Position numbers and translations under genes: made by a program. 64,000 nucleotides of DNA from Lingula anatina (taxonomy: Eukaryota; Animalia; Brachiopoda). Positions 1-10,635 of this stretch are shown in pieces. Numbering within the stretch: the stretch's first letter is position 1; each line of letters opens with the position of its first letter. Location of the stretch: the NCBI GenBank assembly GCA_051362555.1, contig CM120641.1, positions 29,270,401 to 29,334,400 of the forward strand. Reading direction: 5' to 3'. The notes beneath the pieces were generated by a model. The model was not told where the DNA came from. It was given only the letters and a program-made list of their open reading frames with translations, and ran no database searches.

Positions 1-1383
1 TCAATAGTAACTATGGGCATTTCCTTGCCAATTTTGGAGATACATAGGCCAGAAAATACCCAAAGTATATAGTTCATCATAAAAAGTAGGTCAAAGGTCA
101 ATTTCAAGGTCACAGTTAGATTGCCAGTATAGGACTTCCTATTTAAGTTCAATAGTAACTATGGGCATCTCTCTGCCAGTTTTCGAGATATAAGGGAGAG
201 AAATTTTGCAAATTTCAGTTCATGGTGAAAAGTAGGTCTAGGGTCAATTTCAAGGTCACAGATTGCCAGTATATGACTTCCCACCCAAGTTCAACACTAA
301 CGACGGATGTATCTCTGCCAGTTTTAGAGATATAAGGGCTGTAAAATTTGCAAAGTTCAGTTCATGGTGAAAATTAGGTCAAGTCAATTTCAGGATCACA
401 GTTAGATTGCCATTATATGACTTCCTATTCAAGGTCAATAGTAACTTTGCCAGTTTTGGAGATATAAAGATCAGAAAACTTGCAAAGTGCAGTTCATCAT
501 GAAAAGTACGTCAAAGGTCAATTTCAAGGTCACAGTTAGATTACCAGTATATGACTTCCTATTCAAGTTCAATAGTAACTATGGGCTTATCTCTGCTAAT
601 TTTGGAGTATTTCACATTTTATTTTCACCACTGAATTTCGAATGTTGAACTTTTTGATATAGTGCAATGCCTTAGCCGTATCGAAAACAAAAAAATGGAC
701 ATCACTTCCAGTGTTGCCTTTAACAAGTTCTACAAAATGCAAAAAACAAGAGGTGTCTAGCATTAACTGTTCCAGAATTAGAGAGAGTTTTCAGTTTCAG
801 CATTTTATGGCCGCTACTACCATGAAAATGCACCTATTGACCCCAAACTCACCAAAATGAAAGATGACCCTAAGGGTAACACCTGCCCATGATATTATAG
901 GTAAGATCTGTTTAGTTTTTAAATTTTATTTTTCTCGCAATTTATTTTTCTAGCAAAAATTTCCCATTTTTAGAAAATTCTGGCCCATTTGACCTTGAAA
1001 AAAAGGTCAAAAGTCAAATCCAAGGGCATATTTGAAATCCTCACATATGACTTTTGGTCAGCCATCTGTAGTAATTTTTCCCATAATTCCATTGGTTTGG
1101 GAGATATTAAGCATTGAATTTTCAAAAATTTTGACAAGGGTGCGTTTCAACAAGCGTCACACCCAGGTCAATGCACCAACTGAGACAAAAAAACCTAGGG
1201 GTTCAAGTTGAGATTATATGTGACCTAAATCCCAGAGATGGGGACACAGATCCTTACAGTCTAGGAGGAGAAGCGGTAATGGTGACTTGTATCCCACGTC
1301 ATCCTGCGGAGCCGCAGAAGCCGGCGGAGCTGTATGAGACGGGTCGGGACTAAAACCATGAGTACCGCCAGCGTACTAACTAA
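1..1383 (+). mobile_element. Helentron/HINE-like non-autonomous element (3' part) with internal ~140-150 bp tandem repeats
   Basis: A unit containing tcaatagtaactatgggcat...aaggtcaatttcaaggtcacagttagattgccagtat recurs at about 1, 149, 291, 435 and 569. The element ends in a short GC-rich repeat (ccgcagaagccggcggagc) and a small palindrome agtac-cgccagc-gtact (1361-1377). Tandem core plus 3' stem-loop is the usual HINE layout. The class is inferred, not database-confirmed. Confidence 0.55.
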
Positions 1384-1499
1384 CAATATTGTTAAGAAGC
1401 AGAAAATGTCAAAACAACACTTTTACATATCTAATTAGTTCCATAATGAGACTGTTAACATGCCTAAGAATTAAATCTGAAGAAAAACCACTTGTATGC

Positions 1500-2037
1500 A
1501 AAAAGGCTAATAACTTTATCAAAACTTAACTGATCAAGCTTATTTTCAAACTTGACCTGTAAACTAGTCAGACTGATCACTCCTGTGATTTCAAGACAAA
1601 AGGCTGATTGATTTTCCTTAAAATGCGTTATCAGTGTTGCATATATGCTGAATTATGGAAAAGAAAACAGCATAAATTTTGTAAAAATAGTCCAATCAAA
1701 CCAATTTTGGAACTTGACCTGCGTATTATGAATATTCATCAGTTCTGTAAGTTTCAAGCCAAAAGGTAAAATGGTTTTCCACTTATCATGTTATCGGTGT
1801 TGCATATATGTTGAAAAAAGTGAAAAAACAGCATAACTTCCCTAAAAATGACCCGATCATGCTGATTTTCGGACTTGACCTGCTTATTATAAATATTCAT
1901 CAATTCTGTAAGTTTCAAGCCAAAAGGTAAAACGGTTTTTCATTTATCGTGTTATCGGTGGTGAAAGTGCACGGCCACGATGACAGATGCAGGTGATGGC
2001 TATATGTACAGACACATCTGTGTCTGTACATAAAAAA
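1500..2037 (+). mobile_element. Second HINE-like element with ~160-bp internal tandem repeats and a 3' palindrome
   Basis: The motif acttgacctg...gtttcaagccaaaaggtaaa...ttatcggtg recurs near 1550, 1712 and 1873. The 3' hairpin is tatgtacagacaca-tc-tgtgtctgtacata (2003-2032), followed by an A-run. Confidence 0.5.
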
Positions 2038-2259
2038 TAGATGCATAAAATGGGTCACTTTGTCAATTTTGATGCAATAAATAACGCTTAAAGATACATA
2101 TGAACCCAGCATCAGTGTAGCATGGATTCCCAGTGATGCATATAAACCACTTATACTAGTATCTTATATTACTCAATCAACCATGAAAAAGCTTTAAACT
2201 GCTCTTTTCTTGAAATTTTTGGTTGTAAATTTATGCACACCTACAAAAACATAAATGTA

Positions 2260-2406
2260 GGCCCCATTCAGAATAGGGGGCCAACTAGTCCGAAGGTCAA
2301 ATATGGCGACCCACTACAAAGCTTGCTCTCTAATCTGCTAATAGACATTGAATTGATATCCATATTTGACCCTCTGACTAATTAGTCCCCTATTCTGAAT
2401 GGGGCC
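2260..2406. mobile_element. PIF/Harbinger-type MITE
   Basis: ~47-bp terminal inverted repeats (ggccccattcagaatagggg... / ...cccctattctgaatggggcc) flanked by a 3-bp direct repeat GTA. Confidence 0.8.
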
Positions 2407-2532
2407 GTAGATGTTTTAAGTTTGCTCAAAATTTCCAGAAAGAGTAATCAAATAAAACGTTTGAAAAAAGTTTTGAAGAACTGAATAGTTTGAAATTTTT
2501 GAGGATTTACTGTAGATTAGCGATTTACTGAC

Positions 2533-3882
2533 CTGGATAAGCAGTGTGTCAATTACTCGCAAATCAGTCACATCCTTATTTTTGCGAAATTCCTCTTTGA
2601 GAATTTGCCTGGCCTGTGGGACTGTTGCATCAAAGTTGGCGGTAGTCACTATAAATAAAAATGGCATAACAGCAAGCAAAGTTTCCATAATTTTACACAG
2701 AAAGTCACAGCTAAAAACATAATTATTTTAAAAATAAATATGTTGATTTTTTTGGCACACTTTCAGCATGGCCAGTTCATTATATGTTGAAAATACAAGA
2801 CAATTTGTAAATGCAAATTGTGCTTCTTAGAAAGAGAAAGGACAATTAGATATTTAATACCAACAATTTTATCTACTTTTACTATAATCAAGGAAGCATT
2901 ATCACAGTGATTTGCAGGCTCAAAAACTATGATACAAAATTTCACAAGACCCTACAAGTCTATAATTCGACCATTTCAACTGGGTTTTTTTCTGAAAATG
3001 TGAACCCTTTTACTCCCTTTGTTGATCCTTCACAAGAAATGGCACAGAACCTAAATTTTTTATTCAAAATGGACCTTTTTCCGTCCAAAAGAGTTCTTTC
3101 GGCTCCTTCCTGTACGGGCCTGTCCCATCTGATCCAGAGAAGTAGTCTGATCATACATGTATATTAAACCGGTACCTTTAGGCCTACCCAACTACCAGAC
3201 TCGGCAATGATCCTGAATTCACCGGTAGATCAGACCACACTAACCATTTTCAAAGTGTGAGTCAGTACACATTACACAGTATCATACCCTGAACAAATTT
3301 TGAGTGGTGATGCAATACTTTTCAACCCCGCTGAGAATCGTCACTATCACATCGCGTACTAGGCAAGAGCGGTGTCGCGTCTGATACTGTGAAATGTGTA
3401 CTGATACACACCTTGAAAACGGGTAGTGTGGTCCGATTTACCGGTGAATTCAGGATCATTCGGTGCCGAGTCTGGTAGTTGGGTAGGCCTGACCTCGAAT
3501 TTATGGGAAATAAAAAAGGTAGTTGTTGATCATGATTAGCTGTAGATTTGTTCCTGTGACTCACGATGTCGAAACTATGGTCATTTTTGCAGTAACCCCC
3601 CCCCCCCATTAAGTATTTTATTAGTATTGTCCTCCCCCTCCCTTGAAATCATTTGGTGACTTTGAACAACCTCTTTGCTAAACAAGTACTGCATTGCTGA
3701 TTTGATTGTTTACACGCCATTAACTTACAAAATCGTGGTATTGCAATATACCAGGCAGTGAAAGTTTGAAGCACTCGTTGTTTGACTTCTAAGTTATCAC
3801 GAGAGACCACTGGTTTTGCTATCTTAATCCCGCTTTGGAAGACATGAGCACTGACGGCAGACCCTACTTTCTTCGACGCCAT
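2533..3882 (-). CDS. NDUFA6: NADH dehydrogenase 1 alpha subcomplex subunit 6-like (LYRM family), exons 1-2; last exon not found in window
   Basis: Exon 1 is 3882-3729 and exon 2 is 2648-2533, with GT-AG boundaries and matching phase. Spliced protein: MASKK...AKPVVSRDNLEVKQRVLQTFTAWYIAIPRFLTTANFDATVPQARQILKEEFRKNKDVTDLRVIDTLLIQ. This parallels NDUFA6 as I recall it (VKPIFSRD..EAKRRV..LYRAWY...[23 protein letters not shown]). Confidence 0.8.
3180..3490. mobile_element. MITE with long (~105 bp) imperfect TIRs in NDUFA6 intron 1
   Basis: aggcctacccaactaccagactcggc...tcctgaattcaccggta...cacagtatca is mirrored by tgatactgtg...taccggtgaattcagga...gccgagtctggtagttgggtaggcct. Confidence 0.8.
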
Positions 3883-4436
3883 TTTTCCCGTCGGTTAGTG
3901 TTCAGAGTCACTGGTAGGGGGCAGCAAGTGAAAGGCGCCTCAAGGGCGAAACACCGAGCGCAACTAGCACAATCAAGTATTTGATAAATGTGTGGTCATA
4001 TGTTTCGGTAACAATAATTAACTGACTGCCTTTTATGAAGCACTGCTGCATTACGTTATGTGTGTTTATTTTCATTTTTTATTTATTTATTTATATTTTT
4101 AGTATTTTCTGGGCTGATCCAAGTATGACTAGGGCAGAGCATGGTTCAGTAAAAAAAAAAAGTCTCAATATTTCGGCAACGCCTGCTCAGAAGATTTTGT
4201 AATACAAGTAGCAGATGTTACAGTGCCTAAACTGAGCGACGCAAAGTATTACAGCATTGTTGCACTGCGCCAGAATGGCGCAAAACAGATATAGACATAG
4301 CCAGGCAGATTATCGCGTCGCAAAGAACGCTCTGCACAGGCTAACAGAGATTTGTAATGCCCGGAATGATGTATCTACACACAGGCCACGCCCAAGGCAT
4401 CCAGAACTTAACGCCAGGAAACAAGATCCACATCTC

Positions 4437-4440
<4 letters not shown>

Positions 4441-4488
<48 letters not shown>
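4441..4488. repeat. (TG)n microsatellite
   Basis: Uninterrupted TG dinucleotide run. Confidence 0.95.
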
Positions 4489-4493
<5 letters not shown>

Positions 4494-4898
4494 ATTATAA
4501 TTATTATGTCAGCATAATTCATGGCAAATAATGTGATAATGAAAAAACATCTAAAAGAACAGGTTCCCACTATTGATATGATGATATAGGCTCTATTTTA
4601 TCCGTGATCAATGGAACTGACTAATGTGCTTGAAAAAGACTGATAAATTACCCCCCACACACACGCACACACACACACACACGCAGTATTTCATTCGACA
4701 TCACTTCTAATTCTAATATTTGCAAGTAATAAATGCAAATCATCTGTTTTGCAGAAAAGTTTATTATCACCAACATTTTACACTGTTTTATGCACAATAC
4801 GAATGTTGCGTTGACAGATTTTTTTATTCATAACTTATAAGTGTTTATATGGATAGTACGCGCAATTTATATAATATCTAATATCTAAATTATCTAAA

Positions 4899-4901
<3 letters not shown>

Positions 4902-4974
<73 letters not shown>
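4902..4974. repeat. (AT)n microsatellite
   Basis: Uninterrupted AT dinucleotide run. Confidence 0.95.
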
Positions 4975-4976
<2 letters not shown>

Positions 4977-5059
4977 CTCTTGTGTTTTATAACTACCAGA
5001 CGTCACCTCGTTTAATGAGCTATACACACGCGTGTATAGCTTAAGCATGTTATAACAGG

Positions 5060-5435
5060 TTATTAACTTTACACAAGTAGGCCATAAGATGATACGGAGT
5101 CACAATAATGTAAAATACTGTAGTATTGGTGTTAAATACAAAATAATACATAATTAGTTTATGTTAAAAGATTGAAATACACATAATACATATGTTAAGT
5201 TGTTTTAACCCACGTTACATATAGGTCTTTAATAAGCTTCAACCAGTCATTTTATTAACTTTACATAAGTAGGCCATAAAGAAGATACGGTATCACCATT
5301 GTGAAGAATAGTATCGGTGTTAAGTACAAAATAATATACAATTATTTTATGTTGAAAGTTTGAATACACCTAATTCATATGTAAGGTTGTTTTAACCCAC
5401 TTTACAAAGGTCTTTAATAAGCTCCAACCAGTCTT
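5060..5435. repeat. Two diverged tandem copies of a ~190-bp unit
   Basis: ttattaactttaca..agtaggccataa...gttgttttaacccac..taca...ggtctttaataagct..aaccagtc occurs at ~5060-5250 and ~5252-5433. Confidence 0.8.
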
Positions 5436-5514
5436 CATGTGACGCAACACAAAGTTTTATTATAATTTATATATATTCAATTATTTATTTTCAAATGAAA
5501 AGTCGGGTATTGGA

Positions 5515-5551
<37 letters not shown>

Positions 5552-6074
5552 TTAGTACGACAGCAAAATTCATTGCAAATAATATAATAATGAAAAAGCG
5601 TCTTAATCATTATCTAAAAGAACAGGTTCCGACTATTGCTATGATGATAGGGCCTATTTTATCCGTGATCAGTGTTGTTGTTTTTAAGTTAGAAAATCAT
5701 CCTCGTTAAATAATGATTAAATAACAGCAACAGGCCATATAGCCTGTAGTTTTTTCTACCGATGCTGTTTACAGTGAGTCGTTGATGCTAACCATCTTAT
5801 CGATTTGTCTGGCCCTAGTAAGGAATATTAACTTCTAGAGTTGTTACATGCAGAGGCCGACATCGTCTTCGCAAACCATTTGACTTCTTGTGCAAAACTG
5901 TGACACATTGGTGCAGTCCAGTCATGGATCTGACATTTAAGAAATATTGATCAGTCAAGTTATTTATGTTTTTCATAAAACAAATACATTAAAAATTATT
6001 CTAAACCACTGTTTTCATACCAGCATGAGATAATTAAACGCATCGAGGAAAAAAAATACTTAATGCAGAGAAAC

Positions 6075-6237
6075 CAGGGCCGTAGCCTCCGGAGGGGCAG
6101 GGGGGGCAGCTGCCCCCCCTGGAATTTGGCATTTTCCACATCGTGATTGGGGGACACCCCCCCCCCCCCTTGGGGGCTTCGCCCCCTCATGTCCGCTTAC
6201 TGCCCCCTCCTGGCATTTTGCTCAGGCTACGGCCCTG
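6075..6237. mobile_element. GC-rich hAT-like MITE
   Basis: TIRs cagggccgtagcc / ggctacggccctg. The flanks gaaac / gaaag look like a 5-bp TSD with one mismatch. Confidence 0.7.
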
Positions 6238-6244
6238 GAAAGAG

Positions 6245-6678
6245 AATCATCTACCCCCAAGGGCCAGCCCCATTCCTAAAATTTCAGAAGGGTCATAAAC
6301 ACCCCTGATGATAGGTTTACCAATGTTCAAAGTTTCAAGTTCCTCACTCTGATTATTTTGGAGGAGATATCGGAAATTACAAATCACAAACGCTCGGGCA
6401 TACGGACGGGCGGCAAATTCCCTAACGTGTGCAAAAATTCCAAAATCGCAAAATAGGAAAGGGCAACGATAAAAAAAATATTCGAATTTGATTAGGGCAA
6501 TTTTCAAAATTGTTTTAGGTTTCAACCAAATGCTCCTACTGAAGATTCTAGCTAGTTTGATGTAACTTGATTCTGATTTCAAGTGATCGTGTCAACAAGA
6601 AAATTCCACAGCGCCGACGGCCACACGGACATTTTTGAGGTTGGTATATGTGCAAACACAAAGTGTCTGTACATAAAA
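6245..6678 (+). mobile_element. HINE-like element 3' fragment abutting the GPCR stop codon
   Basis: Its end, tatatgtgcaaacac-aaa-gtgtctgtacataaaa, closely resembles the 3' palindrome at 2001-2037 and is preceded by similar atcgtgt...acggccac motifs. Confidence 0.55.
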
Positions 6679-9584
6679 TCATGCCTTCACAGTATATTTC
6701 CCTATATTAGTGAGACTGTTTATTTCTTTGCCGACAGGGACGTCTTTATCAGATTTGCTCGACAGATAGCCGTGGTTGGACGTTGACGGAGTGAAGGTCT
6801 CTGAGGGCTGGGCAAGGTTGAGTAGTTGCTTGCAACGGCGACGGAACTCGCGGTTGGTGACAAGGTATACCGTGCAGTTGACGCTGGAGTGAAGGTGAGC
6901 GAGGAGAGTGACCCACAGGTGAATCTGATATGGGAACCTGTTGTCGGCGTCAAGAACGATGACAAATGCGTAGGGGGTCCAACAAATGACGAACGCGAAG
7001 AAGATGACAACCAAGGTGCGTGCCATGCTGACGGTTTTGAAAAAGGTACGGTCTGCATCTGGATTCGCGCTGAACTTTGCCAGAGAGGTCTGACTGCGGT
7101 ACAACTTCCAAAAGATACGAATGTAGCAATAGGCCATGAACACCAGAGGTCCACCAATCAGAGCAACTGACACGAAGAAGGTGTAAGAGAAGCTGGCAGT
7201 TCTGTCCCAGATGCAGGAATGGTTCTTCTCATCAAAGCCGTGGTCGCCCCAGCCAATGAAGTTGGGCATTTCCAGCAAGAAGGCGCAGACCCAGAAGAAG
7301 ATACACATCAAGATGCTGCTGAGACGGTTGTAAATACGATCATAGATGTGGTTGTGGCAAGTGTAAATGTACCTGTAAAATTAAAGGGATAGATAGATAG
7401 ATAGATATTTGAAAATCTCCAAAAGTCATACTTTTATGTCTAAATATCTCGCTGTTTAGCTATTTATCTTTCCCGATTCAGACCTCAAAAATGATGAACA
7501 CCTAAGAATAAAGCAGTTTGCATGTATTGAATATATTGCTTACTTCCTTTCAATATTTCGAGGTCTGTCTTGACCATGTTCATCACGGAATGAAGTGAAA
7601 TACATGTCATGTGATAAGATTATGTGAAAAAAATAATAAAACGAATTACGTTGAAGAGCTTGAAACTTTGGGGATGTGTGTGTGTGTGTGTGTGTGTGAT
7701 TTCCTAACATCAAGGATGCGTATGGGAGTGCATGATTCTATTTTTCACATAGAGATGTTGTTCCATCGATATTTCTAAATAGTCATGCTTGAAAACTGAT
7801 GTCTTATTTTGTTATTATGATGTTTTCTACCAATAATCAATACCCTGGCAGTGCTGTAGACATCTATACGGGTGAGACCCATTGACAGTGTAGCGAAGTC
7901 ATCTAGTTCTTAATGCATGTTCAAAGGTAAGCTCATTTTTACCTATTTAGGGTCACCCCGCTGAGACTTAGGAACGCACAAACGCATGCCGTCAAGCACA
8001 TAGATGCAATTCCCTCACAAAGCCACCACTTATCCTGGAAAAACTCCTCTCCTTTGATGGCTCCTGAAAACAGTAAGGAAAAGTAAGAAAAACAGGTAAA
8101 AATGTTGTAATATTTTAAGTTGTATTTTGTGGAAAGACGTCACGTATTTCAAATTTCATTTTGGCTTGGTATTTATAGTGGTATATTCCATTGCAATAAG
8201 GAAATTGGCAGGAATCAGTACTTAAGGGAATTGACGTAAGAAATACATCCAAAATCAATAATATTTTAATAAATCTCAATAACGGAATTCGTATCGAAAG
8301 AATACAGGATATGTATTGTCTTTAATCTTCTTCAGTATCTTTCCTGTTAATCTACACTATATTATGTTCAAATTAGATTCATTGTTGGTACATTCTTTTT
8401 CAAGCGATTAAGTATTTAGTCCCTGCAAAAAGTATTTTTTCACAAAAGTGAATATTCAAAGAATGCACTTCAACCACCTTAAGCCAATTTGAAGAGAGGT
8501 GACAAAAAAGCTGATCTAGTATTTATAAAATATTTTGGTTTAAAACTCGACTGGTAATGGTCAATAAATATTGTCTCTTAGTATGATTTTATTTGCCCAA
8601 AGAAAGACACAAATGAAAAGACACATTTTATGTCGTATAGAGTTACGTTTTGCTTGAATACTTGACATCCTATGTTTTTTCATAGATCTGAGATTCCAGT
8701 TAACGCCATCTGCGTAGTTAATATGGCTTCATTAATGACAAATTGTCTGTTCGTGTGTCTCAGGTGTATATAAGACTCGTGGCTCCGTTTACACGTTTAG
8801 GTTTGATTTTCAGTTGATGTAAATAAGACATACTAGATTGTGTTGTTTAGAATAAAAATCAGTTTTATATCCTTCGAAAAGATGCATTCAGTTTTACAAA
8901 CCATCTCTGAGGCAAAGGTGAAAAAAGAAAAATGCAAATGAATGATGGCTGATTGAAACAATCAAATGAATAGAGGTATATTTATAACATTGTTCTATAA
9001 TGTATATAATATTACTTTTTTTAAATATGACAATTATAATTAGTAAAAAAAAAGGTGAATAAAGAATGAAAAAAGGGAATCTACAAGTTACCTATGATGC
9101 AAAGAGGATCTGCCACACCGCTCACGCAGAGGTCAGCAATGGCGAGGTTGATGAGAAATTCGCTTCCAACCTTACTGAAACCCGGCATGCGTCCGCAACA
9201 GAAGACGGACAGTACCACGCAGTTGCCTACCACGCCCATCAGCAAGGCAACGCTGGTGAGAGACACATATATTGTGCCAATCACCGGGTCGGTGACAATC
9301 AGAGGCTCTGCAAACTGGCGTTTTTCCGGTGCCGGGGAGGCCATTGGCAGCATTGTTGAGTTCTGCTCGTCGCTCATGTAGGTTGTGGTGATGCTTGAAG
9401 CAAGTTGTGTGACCGTAGCCATTTGCCACCCCTCCGAGGTTAACGCAGTCGGATTTGGTGCTTTAGATGTTTTGGCGGTCGTCAATTCGCCAGTGCCCCC
9501 AAGCACAGTTGATGTAATGAAGGCAACGAACACTGCTGGCACGGTGGCATTTGACAGCGGACCACCAAGGTTTAAAACCTCCAT
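6679..9584 (-). CDS. Melatonin receptor-like class A GPCR, 3 coding exons
   Basis: Exons 9584-9092, 8063-7943 and 7372-6679, all GT-AG and phase-consistent. TM1 GVVGNCVV, TM2 NLAIADL, the end of TM3 reads LNRYIYTCHNHIYD (NRY in place of DRY, characteristic of melatonin receptors), TM6 FVICWTPY, TM7 HSSVNCTVY..NREFR. An acceptor at 9611-9612 implies an upstream non-coding exon. Confidence 0.85.
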
Positions 9585-10499
9585 TCTTCTTCAGTAACAA
9601 GAATTTATACCTGAAGAAAAAACCGAGCGCATCATGTCTTAATTTAAGTTGGGTGGTTTTTTAAAGATGTAGGTGCTTATGAGAGAGGGATAAAAAGAAA
9701 GAACGAGAAAGTGAGAGAAAGAAGCAGTCTGGGACTAAAATCCACAAAGTCGTTGACATGTTCGTTCAGTTTTACAACGCAATGCACTACTATAAAATAA
9801 CTTTTGATTGGGAATTCAGAAGTCGGAAGAACACCTTAAAGACCAACAACGTGCGTTAGACCAGTATTTAGAAAGAAAAAAACGCATTTTCCTGACAACG
9901 TCAATTTTCTCATAATCACCAAGGTATACCCTATCCAAAACCGTTGAGAAAATAAAGATTCATAAAACTGTTTTTGAGTTCTCCCATCCTCGCCAGTTTT
10001 CACCTTCAGTAAGACTTCCAGAAACTCGTAATGTTTCATAAGTTACACATGAATGAATGAATAAATTAATATAGCTGAGACCAGAAAGTTCCATGGCATA
10101 TATTTGATATTTTTCAGAGATTATGATATTTTAAAAATCAATTTTATCAGCGTAAAAGATAATGTTTAACAAACTAACCACAGGACATGCCTTGAAGTAG
10201 AAAAATATCAATATGTTTGAGATCAAGTTTTCGCTAATTTGCGTGAAATAAACACCAACACTTTGTTTTACTTATCAATCTTGCTCCCTCGCTGATTGAT
10301 TATTCTGTGGTTTCCCATCCATTAATTTGTGACCTTTAAAAAATCGATACTTAAGACGCCTTAACTCTTAGTCTTCGAAGAGGGATGACTGCAAAAACTA
10401 TTCATTCGGAAATGTTGACCTTGTTTTATGGTGATGAAGTCAAATATCAGTGTTAATTGATAGCTTCTTGTCTGTGGTCATGTCGTCTTTCATTTGTAT

Positions 10500-10537
<38 letters not shown>

Positions 10538-10635
10538 CTTTTATGAACACAAAACATTTACACAACTAGAAGTTACAAGCATTAAAAATCTAGCAAAGTG
10601 TAACCAATTTATGGCGCTTTGCATATAAATCTCAA

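Noticed and set aside
3905-3930. CTCF-like motif (ggtagggggcagca) upstream of NDUFA6
   Set aside because: Only the 3' half of the consensus matches, so it cannot be supported without ChIP data.
4257-4570. ORFs with CVCVCV / THTHTH / ERERER runs (also 24025, 25323, 57385-57809, 60428-60737)
   Set aside because: These are translations of dinucleotide microsatellites.
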